64,000 bases of DNA from the human T2T-CHM13v2.0 reference genome, Homo sapiens: NCBI RefSeq assembly GCF_009914755.1, contig NC_060926.1. One strand, 5' to 3'. This document shows positions 29,816 to 45,400 of this stretch, piece after piece. The position numbers and the translations under genes were made by a program. Below the pieces are notes generated by a model. The model was not told where the DNA came from. It did no database searches and was given only the letters and a program-made list of their open reading frames with translations. Each line of letters opens with the position of its first letter. The first letter of the stretch is position 1.

Positions 29816-32800
29816 AACACCAAAATAGAAGCACTTGTAGAACGACAAAGTAAGGACCTCTGAAAATGTCTACCTCTACAAAAGCAAAAGGACACTAGTA
29901 AAACTGGTCAAAACTAACTTTTTCAAAAGTCTGGAAACAAAAAATTTACACCAATCTGAGCAGCATTAATTAAAAACACAACTGGATTTTGGTAAAAACA
30001 GTGAGTTTTGTGGCATTTTAACTTGACTTTTTACCATAGTCCTCTTCCCACCCAGATCCAGGGTAGCTTTGAAAATCAGCAGACTTGCATCATGTTTTGT
30101 AAAAACCACCCTAGCAGTCACCGAAATGGCAAGAAGGGTTTGGGGTTCCCAAATACTCCTCAGTGAATTGTCAGTATTCGATCTATCTGGCAGCTCCCTG
30201 GAAAAGCTCTTTTCACAAAACTTGTCGTTTTTACCTGACTCAAGAGTTCACTCAGCGAGGAGAGGTCTATCCTCAAGACAATTTTCAGAAGCATTCAGTG
30301 ACAATTGTTTGACATTATAGCTGCCTAGGCATTTCAGCCAAATAAGAGGCTTGCCAAAAAACTTTAAATGGAAATTCTGGAAAATGAGTGCATAGTGGAT
30401 TTTTAAAAAACTCCAACACATTCCTTGAAATGTAGAAGGCCACATGCATGCCCCAGAAAGACCTGGCAAAGCCCTATTCTTTTATCTCTAGCACAATTTG
30501 AGGCTCTGTGCAAGTAGGAAGTGAAGGCTAAGGCAGGCTTATAAGATACCTGAACACTGAAGGCATGTTCCAACACAAACACACATAGAGCCTCTGGGCA
30601 AAATCTGGGAGACATTATTTCAAGGCACTTAAGAAAATCTTCCTCCAATCATTAGCTGACCACTAAGCTAACCAAGCAGAGACTTCAGGGGCTACATGCA
30701 ACAAAAAGTACAAATTTTACAGAATTAGTCCAGGAAAGTCCCCAAACAAAAAAGAACAAACAGTAACAACATTAAATGCTGGAGGGAGGAATTCTGATTT
30801 CTGACGTTACCACATTATATTATATAAATAGTCCAGTTTTCAAAAACAAAAACATGTAAGACATACAAAGACACAGGAAAGTATGTCCCATACACAGTGG
30901 GGAAAAAAGTAGTTAATAGAAACTGCCCCTGAAGTATCCCAGGTGTTGAGCTTTCTAGGCAAAACATTTAAATCAGCCACTAGAAATATTTTCAAAAAGT
31001 TAAAGGAAATATGGCTAATGAATTAAAGGAAAGTGTAAGAAAGGTGTCTTATCAAATAGAGAATATGAAAAAATATATAGAAGTTACTTTTTTAAAAAAG
31101 AATCAAAGAGAAAATTTGTAAGAACTAAACTGAAAAATCTGTAATAACTGAAATAACTAACATGAACAATTTACAGAAGAGTTCAAGACCAGATTTGAGC
31201 TGGCAGAGGAAGAATCAGCAAAATTAAAGAAAGGATAATTAAAGTTGTCAGTTCTGAGAAATAGAATTTTTTATGAAGAAAAATGAACAGAGCCTGTGGA
31301 ACACACTCAAGAGTACCAAAATGTGCCTAATGGAAACCGCAGAAGGAAGAGAGAGAAAGAAACAAAGATTATTTGAAGAAACAATGGCCAAATACTTCCC
31401 ACATTTGAAGAAAAACTTTAATCTATAGATCTAGGAAGCTCAACAAACCCAAATGTAATCAACATGAAGAGATGTATCTCTAGATAAATAATAGTCAAAC
31501 TGCCAAAAAACAAAGAATAGAAATGTAATTTTGTTCATAACACTTTTCTTCTCCTGAATGATTTAAAAGGTAGCTGTATAAAATGATTATAGAACTCTTT
31601 TGATGGGTTTTGATGTATAAAAGTATAATTGGTATGATAAACACAAATAGCACAAAAGAATGGGGAGGGAAGGAGCTATAGTGGAGCAAAGTTTTGGTAC
31701 ATTCTTAAAATTAACTTAGTATTAATCTAACGCAGATCATTTTAACACATCAAATGCAATCTCCATGGCAACCACTATGAAATTAACTCAAAATAATAGA
31801 AGAAACAATAAAGGAATTAAAATGTTACACTAGAAAGTAATACAAAAGCAGGCAGTGACTGAGAAACAAAAACACATAAGACATATAGAATACAAATAGC
31901 AAAATGGCAGGTGTAAATTCTATCTTATCAGTAATTACATTAAATGTGGATGGATTAAGCACTTGAATCAAAATACAAAGACTGGCAAAATAGATTTTTA
32001 AAAATATGACCCCACTATTGAATCTAAAGTCTTTAAAAGATACACTTTAGATTCAAAGAACAAAGAGATTGAAATTAAAGTAACAGTAAAAATCTCTGGG
32101 GTTGTAACCAAAGAGACTTAGTACTCAAAAGAGACTTTGATTGGCTATATTAATATCAGAAAAATGGAAGCGAAGATTAAAAAAATGACTATTAGAGACA
32201 AAGAGAACATTTTATAACAATAATTGGGCCAATCCATCAAGATGGCTAAACAATTATAAACATATATGCACCTAGCAGCATAGCTCCAAAGACATGAAGT
32301 AAAAGGTTATAGAATTGAATAAAGAAATAGTTCAAAAACAGTAGTTGGAAATGTCAATATTTCACTTTAAATAATGGATATAAGAAAACAAGAGAAGACT
32401 AACAAGAAAATAGAAGCCTAGAACAATATAAGCCAACTAGACCTAACAGGCTTCTGTAGAACACTCTCTAGTAATAGCAGAATTCACATTTCTCTCAACT
32501 GAACATGGAATAATTTTCCAAGACAGACTGTGTGTTAGGCCATAAAACAAGCCTCAATACATTTTAAAAGACTGAAATCATACAAAGTATGTTCTCCAAA
32601 CATAATACAGTGAAATTTGAATTAATAGAAACAATTAAAGAAATATACCAAAAATGTAAGCCATGAAGTAAAAACAGTGCTCAGAGAGAAATGTATAACT
32701 ATAATTATCTATATTTAAAAAGAAGAAAGACCTCAAATTAGTAATCTAAACTTCCATGTTAAGAAAATAGCAAAAGAACAGCAAGTTAAATTTGAAACAA

Positions 32801-34154
32801 GCAGAAAGAAATTAAGAAATAAGCAGAGGAAACAAATAGATAACAGAAAAATAGAGAAAAAACAAAACCAAAAGTTGGTTCTTTGAAAATATCAACACAA
32901 TTGGTAATCCTTTAGCTATACTGACCCTCTCTGCCCCCCACCAAAAAACACTGGAAATACAAGGCTCAAATTACAAAAATCATAAAGGAAAAATGGACCA
33001 TTACTACAATCTTACAGAAATATAAAAGATTATAAAATACATTTATAATGTTTATAACACTGTATGACAACAAATTAAATAAACAAGATGAAATGGACAA
33101 ATTGCTAGAAAGACAAACTATTAAAACTAAGTCAAGGAGAAATAGAAAATCTGAATAGACCTATAAAAAGTAAGGAGCTTCAATTTATCATTACATACGT
33201 TGCAAAAAGAGAAGTTCGGGCCCATGTGACTTCACTGGTGAAAATTACCAAACGTTTAGAAAAAAAATACCAATCTCTACAAGCTCTTGAAAAAGTTAAA
33301 AAAAAAAAAAAAGGAAGTCTTCTCAAGTAATTCTATGAGGCCAGTATGAACCTGATACCAAACCAGACATCACAAGGGAAGAAAATCACAGGCCAATATT
33401 CCTTAAAAATATAGATGCAAAAAGTTCTCAACAAAATATTAGGAAAGCAAGTCCAGTTACATATAAAAATGATTATACGCCATGACAAAATAAGATTTAA
33501 CTCAGGAATGCAAGTTTTGCTTAACATTCAAAAATCAATCAATGTGTTACATCCTATTAATAGAATAAAGAACAAAAATCACATGACCATCTTAATAGAT
33601 GCAATAAAAAAGCATTTGATAAGATACAACACTCCTCTGTTAAAAAACACTCAAACAGCTAGGCACAGATTTCCTAAACCTGATTTAGAGAATCTACAAA
33701 ATGTACAGCTACCACCGTTCATAAAGGTGAAAGACTAAATGCTTCCCCACAAAGGTCAGGAATGAGACAAAGATGCCCTCTCTCGCCACTTCTATTGAAT
33801 ATTGTATTGAAAGTTCTAGCCACAGCAATTAGAGAAGAAAAGAAGTAATAAAAGACATTCACTTTGCTAAGGAAGAAGTAAAACTATTCATAGTTGCCAA
33901 TGGCATGATATTATTATTTATATAGAATATCCTAAGGAATGTGAATGTGCACTAATACATACATTTAGTGTATGTAAAATTACATGATACAAGATTAATA
34001 AATAAAATCAATTGTATTTTTATATACTAGCAATGAAATTTCTAAAAATGAATTCAAAAAGACAATTCTATTTACAATAGCATAAAAAGAATAAATACTT
34101 AGAAATAAATTTAATGAAAGAAGTGCAGTGCTAAAAACTACAAAACATTGTCTA

Positions 34155-34463
<309 letters not shown>

Positions 34464-34573
34464 TTAAAATGGCAGTATTACCAAATTGATTCACAGATTG
34501 AGCATAATTTTTATCCAAACCCCAGCTAGCTTTTCTGCAGAAATTAATAACTTGATCTTAAAACTCACAAGGA

Positions 34574-34872
<299 letters not shown>

Positions 34873-35159
34873 AAAACTCACAAGAAAATGCAAAGGACTC
34901 CAAATTGCCAAAATGATCTTAAAAAACAGGAACCTACTTGGAGGCTCACACTTCCCGATTTGAAAACTTACTACAAAGCTACAGTGACAAAAATAGTGTA
35001 GTATAGGCATAGAGTTATTGGGAATCCAGAAATAAACCCTTACACTATCTTCAATTGATTTTAACAAGCTTGCCAAGACAACTCAATAAGGAAAGCTCAG
35101 TCTTTTCAACAGTTTTGAGACCACATGCAAAAGTATGAAGTTGGACCCCCACCTCATCC

Positions 35160-36610
35160 TGAGAGGTGACAGCGGGCTCGCTCTTGGCGCCTCCTCGGCC
35201 TCGGCGCCCACTCTGGCCGCGCTTGAGAAGCCCTTCAGCCCGCCGCTGCACTGTGGGAGCCCCTTCCTGGGATGGCCGAGGCTGGAGCCGGCTCCCTCAG
35301 CCTGCAGGGATGTGTGGAGGGAGAGGGACGGGCAGGAACCGGGGGTAAGCGCGGCGCTTGCGGGCCAGCCAGAGTTCCGGGTGGGCGTGGGCTTGGCGGG
35401 CCCGCACTCGGAGCGGCCGGCCGGCCCCGCAGGCCCCGGCAGTGAATGGCTTAGCACCCGGGCCAGCAGCGCGGAGGGTGCGCCGGGTCCCCCAGCAGTG
35501 CCGGCCCACCTGGCGCTGGGCTCGATTTCTCGCCGGGCCTTAGCTGCCTCCCTGTGGAGTAGGGCTCGGGACCTGCAGCCCGCCATGCCTGAGCCTCTCC
35601 CCTCTTCCGTGGGCTCCTGCGCGGCCTAAGCCTCCCTGAGGAGCACCGCCCCCTGCTCCACGGCGCCGGGTCCCATCCACAGCCCAAGGGCTGAGGAGTG
35701 CGGGCGCACCGCGCTGGACTGGCAGGCAGCTCCACCTGCGGCCGCAGCGCAGGATCAACTGGGTGAAGCCAGCTGGGCTCCTGAGTCTACTGGGGACTTG
35801 GAGAAACTTATACACCAATCAGCACTCTGTATCTAGCTCAAGGTTTGTGACCACACCAATCAGCACCCTGTGTCTAGCTCAAGGTTTGTGGATGCACCAA
35901 TTGGCACTCTGTATCTAGCTAATCTGGTGGGGACTTGGAGAATCTTTATGTCTAGCTAAGGGATTGTGAATACACCCATTGGCACTCTGTATCTAGCTCA
36001 AGGTTTGTAAATGCACCAATCAGCACTCTGTGTCTAGCTCAGGGTTTGTAAATACACCAATCAGCACTCTGTATCTAGCTAATCTAGTGGGCATGTGGAG
36101 AACTTTTGTGTCTAGCTCAGGGATTGTAAATGCACCAATCAGCACCCTGTCAAAATGAACCATTCAGCTCTCTGTAAAACAGACCAATCGGCTCTCTGTA
36201 AAACAGACCAATCGGCTCTCTGTAAAATGGACCAATCAGCAGGATGTGAGTGGGACCAGATAAGACAATAAAAGTAGGCTGCCCCCCAGCCAGCAGTGGT
36301 AACTCGAGGGTTCTTTTCCCCACTGTGGAAGCTTTTGTTTTTTTGCTCTTAGCAATAAATTTTGCTACTCCTTACTCTTTGGGTCCACACTGCCTTTTTG
36401 AGCTGTAATACTCACCACTAAGGTCTGCAGCTTCACTCCTGAGCCAGCGAGACCACAAACCCACCAGAAGGAAGAAACTCCGAACACATCCGAACATCAG
36501 AAGGAACAAACTCCGGATGTGCAGCCTTTAAGAACTATAACACTCACGGTGAGGGTCTGCGGCTTCATTCTTGAAGTCAGTGAGACAAGAACCCATCAAT
36601 TCCAGACACA
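35160..36610 (+). mobile_element. Solo LTR12 (ERV9/HERV9 LTR, LTR12C/D/E-type)
   Basis: Starts tgagaggtgacagc and ends caattccagacaca; GC/CpG-rich 5' U3; ~40-bp CCAAT-containing tandem units; TATA-like aataaaa at ~36268; 4-bp TSD atcc/atac inside L1 sequence. Confidence 0.95.
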
Positions 36611-36742
36611 ATACCATACAGAACAATTAATTCAAAATGCAGGAGAGACCTAAATGTAACATGTAAAATTATAAAACTCTTAGTAGAAAACACTGAGATA
36701 GAAAAAAATTAATAAAACGAATTTTATCAAAATTAAGACCCT

Positions 36743-37038
36743 AGCTGGGCGCAGTGGGTCATGCCTGTAATCCCAGCACTTTGGGAGGCCGAGGCAGGCA
36801 GATCACTTGAGGTCAGGAGTTTGAGACCAGGCTGGCCAACATAGTGAACCCCATCTCTACTAAAAATACAAAAATTAGCTGGGAGTGGTGGCACACACCT
36901 GCGATCCCACCCAAGGTCCTGAGGCAGGAGAATCACTCAAACTCGGGAGGCGGGATCACCTGAACAGTGAGCCATAATTGTGCCAATGCACTCCAGTCTC
37001 AGTGACAGAGCAAGACTCTGTCTCAAAAAAAAAAAAAA
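36743..37038 (+). mobile_element. AluS with a rearranged right arm
   Basis: Dimeric Alu with poly-A; TSD-like aaaattaagaccct / aaaatttaaaaccct. Confidence 0.9.
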
Positions 37039-37132
37039 TTTAAAACCCTAAGCACTTCAAAGGAATTCCACCAAGAAACTGAAAGTGACAGCCTACAGAA
37101 TGTGAGAAAATATTTTTAAATCATATATATAA

Positions 37133-37431
<299 letters not shown>

Positions 37432-40400
37432 TATTACAACTCTTATAACTCAATAATAGAAGGACAAATAACCCGATTTAAAAATAGGGAAATTATTTGA
37501 AAAGACATTTTCCAAAGAAGATATTCAAATGGCCAATAAGTACAAGAAAAGATGCTAGACATCATTAATCATTAGGGAAATGCTAATCAAAACCACAATG
37601 AACTATCACTCCACACCAACTAGGATGGCTAAAATAAAAAAAAAAAAGTTAGAAAATAACAAGTGTTGTTAAGGAGGTGGAAAAATTGGAACCCTCATAT
37701 GCTGCTGATAGGATTGTAAAATGATGCAGTCCCTTTGGAAAATATCTTGGCAGTTCCTCAAAATGGTAACCATAGTTACCAAATGACTCAGCAATTCTAC
37801 TCTTAGGGTCATACCCAAGAGAAATGAAAATAAATACTCACATGAAAACTTGAACATATATGTTCATAGTAGCATTATTCCTAACAGCCAAAATGTGGAA
37901 ACAACCCAAATATCCATCATCTGATGAACAGACAAATAATATGTATACTATACATACAGTGGAATATTCTTCAGCATTAAAAAAATTAATTACTGATATA
38001 TGCTACTTCCTGGATGAACCTTGAAAGCATTATGATACATAAAAATAGCCAGTCAAAAAACACCACATATTATTTGATTCTTTGTATATGAAGTGTCCAA
38101 AATAGACAAATCCATAGAGACAGAACATAAATTAATGGTTGTCAAGGGATGTAGGGGAAGTTAGGAGTGACTGCTAATGAGCATAGTGCTTCTTTTTGTG
38201 GTAATGAAAATGTTATAAAATTAGATAATACTAATAACTCCACAACTCTGAACAAACTAAAAACCACTGAATTGAACACTACAAAGGTGAATTTTATGGG
38301 ATGTAAATTATATCTAAATAAAGTTGTTTTATAGTCACATATATAAAGCTGTTATATACGTATCATTGTATTTATTCATCCTACTGTTTATGGTTGTTTT
38401 TAGAATTTGGGTATTATAAATAAACCTTTATGGACACTTTTGTGCTTGTCATGGACATATGTACCCACTTATCTTGGATATAGAAATAAAATTGTATTTG
38501 CTGGGTCATAAGCTAAGCAACTATAGTAGACATGTTAGTAGAAAGTGAAGCAGCTTTCAAAAATACATGTATCAATTTATGTTTTTGCGAGCAACATGTG
38601 AGAATTTCAATTGATCTACCTTCTTGCCAACAATGGAATGGTCATTAAGATAAAATTTTCAGCTATTCTGGTGGATGTGTGTTAATGTCTCATTGTGGTT
38701 TCAGCGACCATTTTCACTCCTTACTTACGATATTACTTTTTCATATGTTTATGAGATATTTGCCTATTTTCTTTTGTGAATTGCTGGTTCAAGAATTTTG
38801 CCTGTTTTAAAAAATTCGTCTGAGGAATTCTTTATATACTCTCTTTAAACAGTGTCTTTGATCACAGAAGTTTTTCATTTTATTACAATTCACGCTTTCA
38901 TCATTTTTTATGCTTAGGTGGTTTTGTGTTTTGTTTTGATTATCTTTAAGAAATCTTCACCAACCCTAAGCTCATGAGTATATTTGCCTGTGCTATCTTC
39001 TAGAAGATTTGTTGCTAAATATTTCTCATGGAGATCTATGATATATCAGAAATAGAATATCATTTTTACGTATGATGTGAGGTCGGGGACAAGTCTCATT
39101 TTTATCTCTAAGACTGTCCAGTTTATTCAACTATTTATAGAACATACCAACATTTCTTCACAACATTGCAATGGCACTTTTATCATAAAACAGGTGACTG
39201 TACACATGGTGGATATGTTTCTGGACTATCTGATTTGTTCCTTCAGTTTTTTTTTTTATTCTTGAGCCATTACCACACTGTTTTAATTACTATAGCTTTA
39301 CAATAAGTCTTAACATCTGGATGTGAGCCCTCTTTGCTCTTTAAGATTATTTTGAGCATTTCAGACTCTAATTTGTGATTTCATATTTTAAAATTAGCTT
39401 GCCTATTTTTATCAATGTATCTAAATTCTAGCATCACTGTATCCAATTGCCACCAAACTAAAAACAAAAGCACAACCTGTTATGCTTTTCATTAGCAATG
39501 CATTGAATCTAGAGATGAATGAAAGGGAATTGAAATCTTTATAACATTATCTATTTCATGAACATGGTATGCCTTTATTTATGTAGATCCTCTCTCATTT
39601 CATTCAGTAATATTTTGTAGCTTTCTGTGTAGAGGTATTTTATATCTTATATTAGTTTTACTCCTAGGTAACATATTTTTAGATGCTTCTGAAATTGGTG
39701 TTCTTTAAGCTTTCATTTTCTAATTGTTGCTAAATGTTGATATACAATTGCAAATTGACTTTTTATCAAGAGACTGCTAAATTCACTTTGTAATTCTAGC
39801 AGTTTATCTGTGGATTCTTTTGAATTTCCTACATGTTACAATTATGACATTTGTAAATAGTGAGAACAGTCTTATTTCTTCTTTTCTAATCCATATTTAT
39901 TATAATACTAACACATCCAGCATAGTGTTGAATAAAAGCAATGATAGCAGGCATAATCTTTCCTTCCCAATTTAAGGGTGAAAACTCTCAATATATCATC
40001 ATTAAGTCTGATGTTAGCTATAGTTTTATTTTGTTTTTATTTGTTTGTTTGTTTTGCAGATAGTGTTTATCAGATGAAGAAAGTTCCCTTCTAGTCCCAG
40101 TTTGTTAATAATTATATTTTTAAGTTACAATCAGGTGCTGAATTGCATTTAATAATTTTTCTGGATCTATTGAAACATATCTATTGAAATCAAGGGGCTT
40201 TTCTTGTTTATTATGTTAATACTGTTAATTACTTTTTTGATGTGAAATTAGCCATTTATTTTTAGAATAAACACAATTTGATCATGACATATTGCTTTAT
40301 TAATATATCACTGGATTTTATTTGCAAATTTTTCTATTGGATTTTTCTGTCTCTTCATGAAAGTTATTTTCCTGTGATTTTTCTTTCTTGTATCAAGATT

Positions 40401-40523
40401 TTAGTATCAAGATTTTGTTAGATTTTGGTATCAAGGTTAAATTCTCTGGAAGAGTTTATGTAATAATAGCGTTATTTTTTCCTGTACTATTTGGAAGAAT
40501 TCACAGGTGAAATCATGTACACT

Positions 40524-40528
40524 TGGAG

Positions 40529-40570
<42 letters not shown>

Positions 40571-40574
40571 AGAG
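40524..40574. repeat. (TG)n/(GA)n microsatellite
   Basis: Read directly. Confidence 0.95.
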
Positions 40575-42058
40575 AAACGAACTGTGAAAAGTTTCTTATT
40601 AAATGTTTTAATTTATTTAATAGATACAGGATGATTTAGATTGTCCAGTCATCCTGTGTCCATTTTTCTAAGTTTTCTTTTTTAAGGAATTTTGCAATTT
40701 CATTGAAATATTCAAGTTTATTAGCAGTACATGTGACAATATTCTCTAGCCTTTAAAATATCTATAGGGTGATGTCACCTTTTAATTTCTAATACTGATA
40801 ATATTAATTTTTTCTTGATTAGAGTTGCTAGGGCATTGCCAATTTTATTAATCATTTCAAACCACCAAGTTTTAAATACTTTCTTTATTTTATATTTTAT
40901 TGATTCCTGTTTTTAACTTTATCATTTACTTCCTTTTGTTTTCTTGCATTTATTTTGCTGTTCCTTTTTTAGAATCTCAAAATGGAATCTGAGCATTGAT
41001 TTTCAGCATTTATTCTTTACTAAATGCACTTATGACTATACATTTCCTGCTATGCATTTTAGCTGCAAGCACTAGTTTTTGTATACACATTTTTGCTAAC
41101 ATAACTCAAATATTTTCTAATTTCCATTGCAATCTCCACTTTGGTCCGTAAGTAATTTAAAAATGTATTGAAAATTTCCTAACACTGAGGATTTTTGCGT
41201 CCTTTTCTGTTAATAGTTTAATAGTTTTTAGCTTCAATCTATTGAGGTCAGAGAATATACTCTGTATGATTTAAGTGATTTGAAATCTACTGTTAGTTGC
41301 TCCAACTATACATAGTTGATTTTGAGCAATGTTCCATGAGAATTAGAAAAATGTTTACATTCTGCGGTTGTTAGGTATAGTGTTCTTCACCATCAATTAC
41401 TAAAATAGGTATTAAAAAGATCTTCAACTATGGTTCTCTAATTTGTCTATTCTATATTTTATTTCTGTAATATCTTTCTTCCTGTATTTTAAGGCTATAT
41501 TATTACCTTTAAATTTAAATTTAAAATTCTACTGATCCCTTTATCATCATGAAACTATTATTTTCTCTACTAATACCTTTTGCTTTAGAATCTGCCTGAT
41601 ATGAGTACAGCTGCACCATTTTCTTTTGGTTATATTTTTATGTTATGTCTTTCATACTATTACTTTCAACCTTCAAGAGTCCTTATATTTAAAATGTATA
41701 TCTTATAAGCAGCATATTGTTGGGTATTATTTTTATTATTTACTCTGATCATCTTTGTCATTTAATTGGAGTATTAATACCACTAGTTTAATCCAAGTAT
41801 TGACATATTTGGATTTATGGTACCATCTTACTATTTTCTCTATTTTACTGTTTTCTGTTTTTCTTTCTATTAGGTTAATCAAATGTTTATTATTCCATTT
41901 ACTAGATTGTTAGTTATAGATTTATTATTTTATTGGTTACCCTAAAATAATAGATTCAAATATTAATCCTTGCTTATTACAGACTACCTTAAGTTAGTAC
42001 ATTTATTACTCCTTGAATAGTGCAAGGACCTTACAACACTCTAACTTCATCTATTCCT

Positions 42059-42430
42059 TGTTATGAATGGAATGTCCGTAATGAAATTTGTGTATTGAAT
42101 CCCTAATCCCTAGCATAATAGTATTTGGAGGGGGGTGCTTCAGGATGAGCCCTATGATAGAATTAGTGCCCTAATAAGAAGATAAAGAGATCAGAGTCCT
42201 TGCTCACTTGCACACTCATGCACTCTCTCTCTGTCTCTTCCCATGCAAAGTCAAAGCCAGAAGGTGGCTGGCTGGCTGCAAGCCAGGAAGACAGCCCTCA
42301 CCAGGAACTGAATCTTTTGGCACCTTGATCTTGGACTTCCCAGCCTCCAGAACTTCGAGAAATAAATGCTTGTCGTTTAAACCACACAATCTATGATATT
42401 TTGTAATAGCAGCCTGAACTGACTAAAATA
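42059..42430 (+). mobile_element. MaLR LTR (MLT1A/MST-like)
   Basis: tgttatg start; 'ggcaccttgatcttggacttcccagcctccagaact..gagaaataaatg...tagcagcctgaactgactaa'. Confidence 0.85.
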
Positions 42431-45400
42431 CTCTCTTTTTACTTTTTGTGCAATTGCTGTCATGTATTTTAATCTTACATCTATTTTTAAAACCTGTAAT
42501 ACATTACTGCTATTGTTTATATTTAGATTTACTCATATATTTACCCTTCCCTGTGTTATTAATTTTTCTGCAGTTCCATGTTTAAATATGAAACATTAAG
42601 CTTAGGTCTAGAAACTAGAAAAAAAAAGAAAACAAAAATAAAAACGAAAAAAATCCTTACATTCTCTTTTAGTGTGAGTCTACTAGCAACAGACTTGCTC
42701 CAATTTTGTTTGTCTGAAAATATACTTATTTAACATTCCTTTTTGATGGATATTTTTATGATTATAGAATTCTTGCTTGGCAATTGTATTCTTTCAGAAC
42801 TTTGAAGATGTCATTCCATTGTTTCCATAGTTTCCATTGGAAAGTCAGCACTAAGTCTTATTTTTACTCCTTTGAAAGTAATGTGTATTTATTCTCTATT
42901 GTTAGTATTTCATTTTTATCATTGTTTTTCAGATGTTGGACTACAATGTTCTAGGTGTATTTATAAACAAATTTATCCTGAATACAGATTGTGGAGCTTC
43001 TTGAATTCATGACTAGATTTCTTTCATTAGTTTTGTAAAATTAGTTGCCAACAGCTTTTCAAATGTTGCTTTTGTTCAATTAATGTTCTCCTATCCTTCT
43101 GGGATTCCAGTTACAGATACGTCAGAACTTAAATTGTCCTACATATCTCTTATGATCTCTTCTGTATTTTCTATCCTTTTTACTCTCTATCCTTAAATCT
43201 GAGTATTTACTATGTCCTTCCTCTCAATTCATTATTTTTTTTTTGCCGTGCTTGATCTACTATATACCCATATTTTAATTTATTATAATTCTTCTAATTT
43301 TGGTTACAGCATTTCCATTTGGCCCTATGTTTTACGTGGCTGGTAATTTTTTAATGAATGCTGGGTATTGTGAAAAATTGCAAAAACTCTCCATTAAGTT
43401 ATCTTTTTCCAGAAAGAATATAACTTGCTCCATCAGTCGTATAATATATGGATTTATCATACCAATTTTGTCATGTTGGATTTCAGATTTTAGGGGGCTC
43501 ATCAACTTCCAGTTTGTCCTAAATCTTAAAGCTTAGCCTTTACTTTGCAAAGAATAGTCTTCTTGAGTTCTCATCTGAAATCCTGAGGTATTTTACTTGG
43601 ACTCTCCCTCCTTGGTGGTCCCCAAATTCCCATCTCTGGTTCCCAAGGTCTCCAAAATTGGCAAAATCTTGGCTAAACTCTTTAACCTCCAGCTTGCTCC
43701 TTTACCCTTAATTTCTCTACATTTCACCCTGCATAGTTGAGGAGTCAGCACTGCCTTGAAGGGATATTGCACAGAATTTTGGACTCCCTTTTGGTTTTCT
43801 CAACTCCTGGACCTTAGTTCCTCAAGTCTTAATCACTTTGGCACCTCAAACTCCAACATCTGTCTCCCTAACCCAGTGAAACTACATAAGCCCAGACTGC
43901 TACTTTCTTCTTAGCCTCTATTACTCGTGCCATGTATCTGCAAGTACCAAAGTGAAAAGCTTAGGTGAATGTGGGGCTCAATTCAATATACTTCTCTCCT
44001 CTCTGGGTTCTTTGTCCCCCCAGTACTGTCTTCCTTAGTTCCTCTCTAGTGGCTTCAAATAGTTGTTGAATAAATTATTTTAAAATAGTTGTTCATAATA
44101 GGAGAGTTAATGTAATACAAAGTATTCTATCATAGCCAGAAGCGGAAATAGAATTATTTACTTTTAATTTGCAATTTAAAAAGAATCTACTTTCAATAAT
44201 CTTCTCATTTGTGGTTTTAAAATTACAGAGTCAAAATTGAGTGAAAAACAATTATGTACCTGGGTGGACTTGAAATAAGAGAAATGAGTCAGGAAGGCAT
44301 TTATTCAAATAATAAATAAAATTTGTACAATTGCTATTTTTCTATGATTAGCCTAAATAACAAAGGGTAAATTGGATGCCTGAATTATCTTGGTGTTTAT
44401 CTGATACAGCAAATTCACCATTCTGTGTAACCCAGGTCCAATGATAGCATTGAAAAACAATATCAGACATTCTTTTGGTTTTATAACTATAAAGTTTAGT
44501 GCTTTTTCTGTAACAGTTATTTTGTATTACTTTTCAAATTGATACCAGTTATTTCCTCTTTAACAAAAAGGCAAGTTTAACAGTTCTGTGGCCGGGGGGT
44601 GGTTTTATTTGTTTGTTTGTTTTTGTTTTTTGTTGTTGTTGTTGTTTGTTTGTTTTAACTAAGTAAAAGAAGTAGGTCTTTTTACTGTGTTGCATAGGTC
44701 TTCTGGATGGGACATGCTCCATTTAGAGTTCTGTTTCCTGCTTGAAGGAACAATTAATATGCTTACTACTTGAGAAACAGCATGGCTCATTGGACTAAGC
44801 TTTGAGTCAGTAGTTTGGAGTTATAATCCCATTTCTGCTACGGATTCAATTTGTGCCCCTGGGCAAGCCATTTAACCTTTGTATTTGTTCAGCAGAAAAT
44901 AGGATAAAATTATTACTTCATTTCAGGAGTAGCTAATAATAACTGCTTTTGAATATAAAGAAATGCACATAATGTATTTTGACCAGTTAAAATCACTGCA
45001 AACATTCCTACAATTTAGTTTCCCCTAAAGCTTCAGTATGGCTTTGATTAAAATTCTTCTGATTTAAGTTAAAATGAAGCACAATAAAGTGCAGTTAAGT
45101 GTTTTGTTTAATTTGCATTCTTAAACAGGTGGGCAAATCCAGTGTAGTTAAGCCTAAGAAAACAAAAATTAAAAAAAAAAAAAAAGAAAAGAAAAAACAA
45201 TCGCTCTTTCCTTACAGGCTTTAAAAAAAAAAAATGGTAAAAAGTACTCTATATCATTCTCTGTCACCAAAGTGCAAAAATTTACATTCATACCAAATAA
45301 TATTAAACTTACACCTATTATTTTTCTTTTCTTATTTATAATTCTTTAGAAATAGAGTATTAAATAATAATTATTCCTAAAATGTTATGATAATTTTATC

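Larger units (their letters stand above)
38345..44150 (-). mobile_element. Old L1M on the minus strand (continuation of the 29450-29815 host)
   Basis: T-rich antisense L1 sequence ('catagtgttgaataaaagcaatgatagcaggcat', 'ttgaggtcagagaatatactctgtatgattt'); inner boundaries approximate. Confidence 0.7.

Noticed and set aside
33415-33738. 107-aa reverse-transcriptase-like ORF
   Set aside because: Fragment of decayed L1 ORF2 surrounded by stops and frameshifts
35051-35818. Cluster of overlapping ORFs up to 167 aa
   Set aside because: All lie in the GC-rich U3 of LTR12
35805-36240. Regularly spaced ~40-bp repeats resembling a CRISPR array
   Set aside because: These are the known tandem CCAAT units of the ERV9 LTR; no unique spacers, no cas genes, eukaryotic context
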